A stretch of 64,000 nt of DNA, from NCBI GenBank assembly GCA_013288645.1, contig JABDBL010000006.1, positions 18,779 through 82,778 of the forward strand. The letters run 5' to 3'. Below the pieces are notes generated by a model, which was not told the DNA's origin, searched no databases, and was given only the letters and a program-made list of their open reading frames with translations. Position numbers and translations under genes: made by a program. Below are positions 34,628 to 42,177 of this stretch, piece after piece (positions within the stretch are counted from its first letter, which is position 1; every line of letters starts with the position of its first letter). This DNA comes from Candidatus Melainabacteria bacterium (GTDB lineage Bacteria; Cyanobacteriota; Vampirovibrionia; Obscuribacterales; Obscuribacteraceae).

Positions 34628-35059
34628 TTATAGACCGCCGCCCAAGCCTCCGAAGTTGTTGATAGCGAATGTGCCCATTAAGTGGACTGCGGTTGGTGCG
34701 CCGAAGCCGACGCCCAATCCTTTAGCCACGTTCATGGCAGCTTCACCACCGTCCCGTTGACCGAAGGCAATTTTCATGCCGGCCATTGAAGAAGGAACCG
34801 TTGACATAGCGGTTACAACACGTGAGATGTCTCTTGCGCTGTCGTAGCCGTAGTCTGCCATCTGACCTACTTCATTGGATTGTCCGTAACGGGGGTCTAC
34901 TGGGGCGCCGACTAACCCTTGAGCATGCGCAGCTTGGTCATAAACTCCAATGGCGAGTAGAACCAGCTGCGGTGCCAAGAGGAAACCAACGCGTGCCGCG
35001 ACTTTGAATGTTCGCGAAGACACAACTTTCTTGATTGTGGATTTAATGCTGGTTGCCAT
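34628..35059 (-). CDS. small secreted Gly/Ala-rich protein (candidate abundant structural subunit)
   Basis: Strong AGGAGG SD 5 nt upstream. Long leader ending AAHAQG. Gly-rich hydrophobic C-terminus GLGVGFGAPTAVHLMGTFAINNFGGLGGGL. Has its own terminator. Visibly higher GC than its surroundings. Confidence 0.6.
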   Translation of the reverse strand: MATSIKSTIKKVVSSRTFKVAARVGFLLAPQLVLLAIGVYDQAAHAQGLVGAPVDPRYGQSNEVGQMADYGYDSARDISRVVTAMSTVPSSMAGMKIAFGQRDGGEAAMNVAKGLGVGFGAPTAVHLMGTFAINNFGGLGGGL

Positions 35060-35101
35060 TTTGACCTCCTATTGTCTGTAACTGAGTATTGAATTATCGA
35101 C

Positions 35102-35734
35102 CTATTTATGTTGTAACAATTTGCCGGATACAGCCGTGTTCACAGTCATGCCATTGCCATAAGCAGAAGGCGTGGTTGGACCGGCTTGATAACCGAAATT
35201 CTTTCCGTAGCTGGCTGCTGGGCCAAGAGCAAGAGCTTGACCAGAATTACCAGCAATGTGTTTCCTAAGTAGCTTGCCTGCGACTTTCTTATTTATCAAC
35301 TTGGCAGAGACTGCTTTGTTAACAGATAAGGCTTTGTCAGCGGCTTTGGGTAGATTAAGGGCGGTGGCAGGTAAAGCGGCCATTACTGGCGCATTAGCTG
35401 GAGCACCAAAACTTTCTTTGTAGTGTGTGGGTGTGGCTTGCGTTAATGTAGCTTGAGTTTGTGTTTGGACATGAGGGGCAACTGGTAGTGAACCAGGATC
35501 TATACCTAAAATGCTTTTGCTGCTTGGTACATGACCGTTGGTTACAGAATGGCTAATCGGATGAGAGGAAACTTCTGGTACAGCTGCTTGTTCCAAACGA
35601 TAATAGTTAGGAGCAAAGTTAAATCTGGCTCCGCCTCTTTGTTGAGCGGATGCTGGTTGCAGGCTTATGCCTATTGCTACGCTTACAGAGGCTATTGATA
35701 ATAATATTGATTTTGTATTTTTATTCTTATTCAT
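35102..35734 (-). CDS. secreted low-complexity (Ala/Pro/Gln/Lys-rich) protein
   Basis: Signal peptide (LLSIASVSVAIGISLQPASAQQ). AAGGTGG SD. No domain recognised. Confidence 0.6.
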   Translation of the reverse strand: MNKNKNTKSILLSIASVSVAIGISLQPASAQQRGGARFNFAPNYYRLEQAAVPEVSSHPISHSVTNGHVPSSKSILGIDPGSLPVAPHVQTQTQATLTQATPTHYKESFGAPANAPVMAALPATALNLPKAADKALSVNKAVSAKLINKKVAGKLLRKHIAGNSGQALALGPAASYGKNFGYQAGPTTPSAYGNGMTVNTAVSGKLLQHK

Positions 35735-35755
35735 GGTTTCAACACCACCTTATCC

Positions 35756-36496
35756 TTAGAACTTTAAACCATTGTTTGCACTGTAATTCGTCAAGGTTAA
35801 ACCAAGTAAACCAGCGTTATATACATTGCCGATGCCGCCGCTGCTTAATGCCATTCCGGTACTACCTAAAGTTGAGACCATACTGTAAGCGTGCGATATG
35901 CCACCGGAAGTGCGCTGTTGAGATGTACTTGGAGTATTTGTAGCGCCACTTAAAGTTTGTGTTTGTGGAGGAGCAGCATCATTTTGATAATTATTTGCTG
36001 TTGGATTCATTCTATTATCTAAATCTTGAGGCATCGTTTGACCCAAATTTTGTATTTGTCCAGCAGGGAAATTTTGGCTGGATATACTTTGATTGGCTAA
36101 ATTATTCATTGGATTAGTGGCTTCGTTATAAGAAGATCCATTAAATTGAGGAAAGATCTTGTTATTAGCCCAAGAGTCATATATAGCTTGGCGAGCTTCT
36201 TGCGGAGTTTGAAAGTTTTGTTGCTGAGTTATTTGGGATATAGTTCCAGGCACATTGCTTCCGGTACCCACTGGCAAAATATTTGCTATCGACTTTACAG
36301 AGGTTAAAGCAGGGCCATAATTGACTGATTGATTAATGGGAACTACTTCGGGAGGTAAATAAGAATCTTGGTTATAGCCTTGAGCATAAACAGGTAAAGT
36401 AATTGCTGTATTGGCTAGAGCAATTGAAAGTGCGACCGAAAGCGCTATACGCTTAGCTGGCTTTTCCATTATTAGATTTAGTGTTTGACTTTTCAT
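35756..36496 (-). CDS. secreted Asn/Gln/Ser/Thr-rich protein ending in ...NNGLKF
   Basis: Signal peptide (ALSVALSIALANTAITLPVYAQG). C-terminal alternating hydrophobic pattern with a terminal Phe. Confidence 0.6.
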   Translation of the reverse strand: MKSQTLNLIMEKPAKRIALSVALSIALANTAITLPVYAQGYNQDSYLPPEVVPINQSVNYGPALTSVKSIANILPVGTGSNVPGTISQITQQQNFQTPQEARQAIYDSWANNKIFPQFNGSSYNEATNPMNNLANQSISSQNFPAGQIQNLGQTMPQDLDNRMNPTANNYQNDAAPPQTQTLSGATNTPSTSQQRTSGGISHAYSMVSTLGSTGMALSSGGIGNVYNAGLLGLTLTNYSANNGLKF

Positions 36497-36580
36497 TTTA
36501 GTTTGCTCAGGCGAAAGGAATTTTTATCGATCTTATTTGACTAAGGTAAATATTAGAAGAATTTACCAGGAGAATGAAGA

Positions 36581-36614
36581 GGGGGAATTCCCACTTGCGT
36601 GGGAAGATCCCCCC
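36581..36614. promoter_or_regulatory. double GGGAATTCCC-type palindrome (GGGGGAATTCCCAC-TTGC-GTGGGAAGATCCCCCC); also a GC-rich hairpin with a GCAA loop on the minus strand
   Basis: Read directly. Lies 8 nt downstream of the 36622 stop and 85-118 nt upstream of the 36496 start. On the minus strand TTCATT-N17-TAATAT follows. Confidence 0.45.
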
Positions 36615-36621
36615 TAGGATC

Positions 36622-37668
36622 CTAGAAGTTGGTTTCCACGGCTTGTTGCGGTAAAAGGCGCCCAGGTTCATTAGGATGAGCATTTAAGCCTGTTTGCGGA
36701 CGCAACGGGAAACCAAAGTCCGTTGTGCGGTTAGGTGGCGTGCCAACACTTGTAAATGCAGTGCGTGCGCCTTGACCAAAGTCTGTAGTTAAATAAGAGC
36801 TTGTAAGTGGATTACCATTACCAACTCCATTGGGACCATACATAACGTTGTAACCGTTCAGGTCTTGTACTGATTTACCGGTGGAAATAACTGCAGTACC
36901 GAGCTTGTTTCGCATACCACCACCCAAATCTATTGATTTATTAAAATTATCATTATTAGATCCAGCTGGTCCTTTATTGTATCCGGTACCGGTAGGTATA
37001 CCGTAAACCTGACCGAGACCGGCTAATGGTCCAAATTGGGTGACTTCATCTTGAGAATTACCGCCACCACCTAAAAACGCTGTACGAGAGCGTAATTCAT
37101 ATTGAGTACTTTTGTTGGTACCTAGTCGACGAATTTGAGGGATGGTCGTGTAATAACCACCGGTTCCAGGTAAACCTCCGACTGGCTGAACACTGGTTGG
37201 TACGGCAGGATTACCAAAACCTTGCAGTATGGGGCGAGCAGGTCCGGGAGTAGAAGGTCCTTTTGGGATAAGCGGAAAAAGCGCTTGCCCCCATCCCCCC
37301 GGTAATCCTGAAGGCGCCAAAGACATCGGTAACATCGTGGGTAAACCTACTCCGCTAAAAGAGCTGCCGATCTGAGTGGCAGGTATGGCTGGAATAGAAG
37401 GAATCAATGTAGGTGGGCCTGTCATCCCAATTGGTGGCGGTAGTGAGGTTGGTCCGCTACCTGGAGCGGGAACGTTACCAAGACGTGAAGGTACCCCTGG
37501 CAATGAAGTTGAAGTGCCAGGAACGTAGGGGTCGCGCGGAGCGAGAGTTCCTTGTCCGTATGCTTTTGGTGCAAGCATTATGCTAAAAGCCATGAGGACA
37601 GTAATCAATGCAGTTGCTTTGCCTTTACTGCCTTTAAGTTCTATTAGTTGTTTATCCATCATATACAT
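36622..37668 (-). CDS. secreted Gly/Pro-rich protein, paralog of 37700..38710, ending in ...ETNF
   Basis: Signal peptide (ALITVLMAFSIMLAPKAYGQG). TAGGAGG SD. Shared motifs RDPxV, LPGVPS, GSG, PPTLIP and TTDFG. Confidence 0.65.
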   Translation of the reverse strand: MYMMDKQLIELKGSKGKATALITVLMAFSIMLAPKAYGQGTLAPRDPYVPGTSTSLPGVPSRLGNVPAPGSGPTSLPPPIGMTGPPTLIPSIPAIPATQIGSSFSGVGLPTMLPMSLAPSGLPGGWGQALFPLIPKGPSTPGPARPILQGFGNPAVPTSVQPVGGLPGTGGYYTTIPQIRRLGTNKSTQYELRSRTAFLGGGGNSQDEVTQFGPLAGLGQVYGIPTGTGYNKGPAGSNNDNFNKSIDLGGGMRNKLGTAVISTGKSVQDLNGYNVMYGPNGVGNGNPLTSSYLTTDFGQGARTAFTSVGTPPNRTTDFGFPLRPQTGLNAHPNEPGRLLPQQAVETNF

Positions 37669-37699
37669 TTGGCTAGGCCTCCTAAGTGCCTGAATGAAA

Positions 37700-38710
37700 T
37701 TATTGAGTAGCTAGAGTGGTGAGTGGTGATGGTGGTGGTCCTTGTGAGACAGCACCGCTACTGCTTGTGGTCATTTTGTTTGGGTTTATCATGGGAATGC
37801 CATAAAGGTCGTTTGTAACTTGAGCATTGGCAAAATTCCTTGTGTGATTGCCAGAGGCTGTTTGCTGAGGTACGCCTGCTTGTCCTTGTCCTGGGTATTG
37901 AGCAGGCATTGGTGAATCAAAAGAAATCTGAGCTTTTTTAACGGCTGCTTGTTTGAAATTACCAAAATCTGTTGTAGTGGATCCGGCTTGCGGTACCCAA
38001 GCAGTGCCTTGAAGGCGATAAGCATTAGCTGTACGCGGCAAGCCAAAATCATTACTGCCTTGACGGGTTGGGCGTGTAGTGGGAGCGGAACCAGTAATTT
38101 GTCCGTTTGAATTCACAGCACCAATGGCTGCTGCGCTGTTCTGACTTTGACCGGCACTTGCTCCTGAAGAGCCATTATAAAAACTAGGTGGTCTGAGCAT
38201 GCCAGGGTTAGCTCCCGGTGTAGAAGGTTCAGGAGGAATAGATCCGCCCACGACGGCATTCATTACTCCCGGTGGCATAGCGATAGCGTTACTGACTGGC
38301 AAAGAGATTACATTACTAGGTACATTTATTTGATTAGCTGGCACCACAACTTGATTGGTAGGTAAGCTAAATTGATTACCTGCTATGCCGTTTGCCCAAG
38401 GGATTAAAGTAGGGGGGGCAAGAAGCATGCCTGGGTTAGGAGGTAGAGGTACAAGTCCTGATCCAAGTGGAGGTATTGCACCTTGAGCAGAGGGAACGCC
38501 AGGCAAGCTAAAATTAGCACCATTAACTAAAGGGTCTCTTAAAGCGGTTGTACCTGCACCACCATAAATAGAATTGCCTGAAGAAATGGCAGGAGTAGAA
38601 CCTGATTGGGCATGTATTGGCAGGCTTAAAGCAAAAATGCCAATCAAGGATAAAGCCAATGCTATTGGCACTGGTGTCTTTGAATTGCTGTTTTTACTTA
38701 CATTGAACAT
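37700..38710 (-). CDS. secreted Gly/Pro/Asn-rich protein, paralog of 36622..37668
   Basis: Signal peptide (IALALSLIGIFALSLPIHAQSG). Shared motifs LRDPLV, SLPGVPS, LGSG, PPTLIP and NDFG/TTDFG. Confidence 0.65.
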   Translation of the reverse strand: MFNVSKNSNSKTPVPIALALSLIGIFALSLPIHAQSGSTPAISSGNSIYGGAGTTALRDPLVNGANFSLPGVPSAQGAIPPLGSGLVPLPPNPGMLLAPPTLIPWANGIAGNQFSLPTNQVVVPANQINVPSNVISLPVSNAIAMPPGVMNAVVGGSIPPEPSTPGANPGMLRPPSFYNGSSGASAGQSQNSAAAIGAVNSNGQITGSAPTTRPTRQGSNDFGLPRTANAYRLQGTAWVPQAGSTTTDFGNFKQAAVKKAQISFDSPMPAQYPGQGQAGVPQQTASGNHTRNFANAQVTNDLYGIPMINPNKMTTSSSGAVSQGPPPSPLTTLATQ

Positions 38711-38815
38711 TGTCGTTTTCCGGATAAAAGACTATGTAGAGGGAGGCTACTTGTTTACATATAAGGTAATGCTTAAAGGGGCCAATGTCTTGGGGGTTAT
38801 TACGTAGGACCCCCC

Positions 38816-38826
38816 GGTATTTCCCA
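38816..38826. promoter_or_regulatory. half-match to the GGGAATTTCCCA motif (GGTATTTCCCA) next to GGGGG-N13-CCCCC
   Basis: About 105-115 nt upstream of the 38710 start. The 3' half ATTTCCCA is identical to site 28970. Weaker than the other sites. Confidence 0.3.
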
Positions 38827-38872
38827 TTATTTTATTAAATCGACAGAAAAATAGAGAGTTGATTCAATTTAT

Positions 38873-39160
38873 ATGGCTTGTTTATGGCATTTTGGTATGA
38901 TGGAAATAGCGACGACACGGCACAAAAGCACAAAATCATTTAGGGGTTATTTTATGTGTCTAATGAGCAAAAATACGCAGCTTGGATTAACCGTTGCTTC
39001 AATAATTTTTGGTCTAGTAGCGGTTTTGCACGCCTCTCGTTTATTGATGCATTTTAGTGTGACGTTCAATGGACAAGAAGTGCCACTTATTGCAAATGTA
39101 ATTGGTTTGTTGATAACAGCTTATCTGAGCATTTGGATGTGGACTTTGCGATCTTCGTGA
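38873..39160 (+). CDS. small two-TM membrane protein (true start probably at 38954 or 38963)
   Basis: LGLTVASIIFGLVAVLHA and VIGLLITAYLSIWMW hydrophobic helices. No domain recognised. Confidence 0.45.
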   Translation: MACLWHFGMMEIATTRHKSTKSFRGYFMCLMSKNTQLGLTVASIIFGLVAVLHASRLLMHFSVTFNGQEVPLIANVIGLLITAYLSIWMWTLRSS

Positions 39161-39506
39161 GTGTCATATATTTTTTGGACAATAGAATTTGCTGCTTATT
39201 GAAGCAAGCTTCTTGGCTTGCCGGATGCAGAAAGAGTCAAACCTTATAAAAGATTAATGCTGTCTATTTGAGTGATCGAAAGAGGGTTTTTTATTTTGAA
39301 GCCTCTATTTTGTCAAAAGAAGAAATAAGCTCTTCGCCCTCGATTTGGCTAGTTTTGCCCTAGCACCTCGGTTGGTATCACTAAAATAAAAGTATGGTTA
39401 TACCGGTCCAATTTTGCTACCGGCTTTACAGGCGGTGGCAAAAACTATTTGTAGAATTTTGCATTTGCCAGTATCATATCCGGTGAACTAATAAGGGGGA
39501 GGCTCC

Positions 39507-40154
39507 GTGAGCACGCAACAGACGAAACTAATTGACCAAGCAAATACTCAACAGGAATTGCATGAGCAATCTGTAGATATACAAGGTCTCGATGACATAT
39601 TTAAGTGGGCATCGGATGTAGTGGCGGTAGGTAACGAAGATAGTCGGGCGAGGCTGGCAAGAGAAAAACGGGTTCGCACACAAGTATTGACTTTTGTGCA
39701 AAAGGCTAAAGAAGATAAAGTATTAGCCGATGCTAATCACGAAATCAATTATTTGCAGAGAAGAGTCATCGCTCTACTTACTAAATTGCAAGAGATAGTT
39801 GATGAAAATTCTTTACTAAAACAGATTATGTTGACTCAACTTTATTCAATTCAGCAAATGCCAGCGATGGAAGCTGAAATAAGAGAACTCAAATCTATTC
39901 AGTGCGAAAAAGATTCTGCCGTTAATGAAAGACGTTATTTAATGGATGGTCTGACCAAGCTCAAAGTAGAGCGCGATTATTTAGAAGACGTTCTGACGGC
40001 TGCCGAAACTGAAAATTATCGTCTGGCGAAAGTGCTTAGAGGCACGCGTAACGAATTAATCAAGAGCCAAGCGAAAAAGTGGTGGCATAATCTTTATAGT
40101 TTGGTAGAAAAATTTGAAAGCGTTGCCTTACCTATAATCAGAAAAAAACCATAG
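39507..40154 (+). CDS. coiled-coil hypothetical protein
   Basis: GGGGGAGG SD before a GTG start. Heptad-like, charged sequence throughout (e.g. LKVERDYLEDVLTAAETENYRLAKVL). Confidence 0.55.
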   Translation: MSTQQTKLIDQANTQQELHEQSVDIQGLDDIFKWASDVVAVGNEDSRARLAREKRVRTQVLTFVQKAKEDKVLADANHEINYLQRRVIALLTKLQEIVDENSLLKQIMLTQLYSIQQMPAMEAEIRELKSIQCEKDSAVNERRYLMDGLTKLKVERDYLEDVLTAAETENYRLAKVLRGTRNELIKSQAKKWWHNLYSLVEKFESVALPIIRKKP

Positions 40155-40164
40155 AGTTATAGAG

Positions 40165-40704
40165 ATGATTTGCAGGTTGCCAGCAGCAAATAGGCTAAAC
40201 ATATTCTGTGTGGGTATTTTTGTATTGTTTTTGCTACAAGCTTGTGCGGGTTGTCAAAATGTTAGCGTTCCTACTAGCAATCCTCTTAACAATTCACCCA
40301 ATTTAAGTGATGATCTAACATCCCTATTGAAGGAGCAAGCAAAGACGACTTTGTACGAGCCCACATATCGCACTGTGGGGGACTCAAAATCAGGCTTTCG
40401 CGGTTTTTGCGAATTTAAAGCTTTTCCTCAGAATATTAATGCTATCGCCAATGCGTTCGATATGACTGAGATTAAAGACGATAAGACGCTTAAGTATATT
40501 CATTACGATGAAAAGAATAGCAAACTGGGAGCCTCGTTCGTTCAACAAACGACTCAAGGAGCAGACGATGTTAGGGCTTATGGTGTGTTTGGCAAGCCGG
40601 CCAAATTAAAATGCAAAAGCGGAAAAGCTTTTGACTATATGATTATTTTTTATAAGCCTGTAACGAATGAAGCTACTATTGAAACCTTGTATGCTTCTGG
40701 TTGA
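40165..40704 (+). CDS. putative lipoprotein
   Basis: Signal peptide with a lipobox-like LLQAC followed by AGCQN. No domain recognised. Confidence 0.55.
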   Translation: MICRLPAANRLNIFCVGIFVLFLLQACAGCQNVSVPTSNPLNNSPNLSDDLTSLLKEQAKTTLYEPTYRTVGDSKSGFRGFCEFKAFPQNINAIANAFDMTEIKDDKTLKYIHYDEKNSKLGASFVQQTTQGADDVRAYGVFGKPAKLKCKSGKAFDYMIIFYKPVTNEATIETLYASG

Positions 40705-40712
40705 AAATACAA

Positions 40713-41993
40713 TTAAAATTCTTTGGCAGGTAGTTTAGCTAATTTTGCCTCAAAGCCGCGAGCAGTAGGTTCGTAGTATCTGCTGTTTGCTAAGTCATCT
40801 GGCATGCAGGACATTTGCTCAGCTTTTCCAGAAGCATAATTATGAGCATATTGATAACCCTTGCTATAGCCCAATTCTTTCATTAATTTGGTTGGAGCAT
40901 TGCGTAAGTGCATCGGCACAGCTTGGCTGATCGTGTTAAGAGCATCGGTGGCAGCACTCTGGTAAGCGGAATACACAGCATTAGACTTAGGAGCATTGGC
41001 TAAATAGATAACCGCTTGTGCTAAGGCCAGTTTAGCTTCTGGCATACCTATAAGTTCTACCGTTTGCATAGCAGCTACAGCCTGTTGAAGAGCTTGAGGA
41101 GCGGCTAAACCAATATCCTCTGAAGCAAATCGCACAATACGTCTAGCTACAAAAAGCGGATCTTCACCAGCTTCTAGCATACGGGCAAGCCAATACAAAC
41201 TGGCATCAACTTCAGAATTGCGCATTGATTTATGTAGAGCCGATATTAAGTTATAGTGATTTTCACCGTTCTTGTCATATTGCAAAATCATCTGTTGAAT
41301 AGCATCTTTGATCACTTTCTCAGTTAGCTTATTTTCATTTGCTTTAGCAGCCAATAAAAATGCTAATTCCAAACTATTCAGCGCAGTGCGTGCGTCTCCT
41401 CCAGAATAAGCGGCAAAGACTTTTAAATCATCGTCGTTAGCTTTAATAGATTCTTTAAGTCCTCGCTCTTTATCATCAATAGCCTGACGCATTATTGAAA
41501 CGAGATGCTCAGTCTTCAATGGATCTAGAACAAATACCTTCATACGCGATAACAAAGCAGAATTTATCTCAAAAGAAGGATTTTCAGTAGTGGCTCCTAT
41601 AAGTACGATTGTGCCATTTTCTACATAAGGTAGAAATGCATCTTGCTGTGCCCTGTTAAAACGATGAATTTCATCTACAAATAATACTGTTTGTTTATTG
41701 TTGAGCTTTATAAATGCTTCCGCTTCGGCCATGACATTTTTAATTTCTTTTATGCCAGAAGTTACGGCAGAAAAAGAAATCCATTGGCTTTTAGTCTCAT
41801 TCGCGACAATTTTTGCTAATGTTGTTTTACCTACGCCAGGCGGACCCCAAAGAATAAAGGAAAATAATTGTTCGGAGCCGAGCATTTTTCGTAATACGCC
41901 ATCAGGACCCACGAGTTTTTCTTGACCAATAAATTGGTCAAAAGAATTAGGCCGCATTCTATCGGCTAAAGGAGCTTTGTTGATTTTGTTCAT
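40713..41993 (-). CDS. rarA: replication-associated recombination protein A (AAA+ ATPase, MgsA/RarA)
   Basis: RPNSFDQFIGQE, Walker A GPPGVGKTT, Walker B LFVDEIHRFN, and C-terminal MgsA_C-type YWLARMLEAGEDP. Confidence 0.92.
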   Translation of the reverse strand: MNKINKAPLADRMRPNSFDQFIGQEKLVGPDGVLRKMLGSEQLFSFILWGPPGVGKTTLAKIVANETKSQWISFSAVTSGIKEIKNVMAEAEAFIKLNNKQTVLFVDEIHRFNRAQQDAFLPYVENGTIVLIGATTENPSFEINSALLSRMKVFVLDPLKTEHLVSIMRQAIDDKERGLKESIKANDDDLKVFAAYSGGDARTALNSLELAFLLAAKANENKLTEKVIKDAIQQMILQYDKNGENHYNLISALHKSMRNSEVDASLYWLARMLEAGEDPLFVARRIVRFASEDIGLAAPQALQQAVAAMQTVELIGMPEAKLALAQAVIYLANAPKSNAVYSAYQSAATDALNTISQAVPMHLRNAPTKLMKELGYSKGYQYAHNYASGKAEQMSCMPDDLANSRYYEPTARGFEAKLAKLPAKEF

Positions 41994-42008
41994 ATAAATA
42001 TGAAAAGT

Positions 42009-42110
42009 CTAACGGATTCCCATAAAAAGCGTAGGAATTAAGCTGGCTACAAAAGTAAGGATCATAAGCCAGATCACAGCACGGTAGTGTTTTTGAAAGA
42101 ATGTGAGCAT
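42009..42110 (-). CDS. 33-aa hydrophobic peptide (speculative)
   Basis: Hand-translated as MLTFFQKHYRAVIWLMILTFVASLIPTLFMGIR, lying between uvrC and rarA. No SD checked. Confidence 0.2.
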   Translation of the reverse strand: MLTFFQKHYRAVIWLMILTFVASLIPTLFMGIR

Positions 42111-42177
42111 CACATGTTTATCCGAATTATCTATTATGGACGCCATTATAGCTGATCTATTGGGCAGATCTGTGATA

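Noticed and set aside
26365-36614. GGGAATTCCC is identical to the idealised eukaryotic NF-kappaB site
   Set aside because: It is a coincidence of a simple GC-clamped palindrome around GAATTC and has no biological meaning in a bacterial genome. It is treated only as a candidate bacterial operator.
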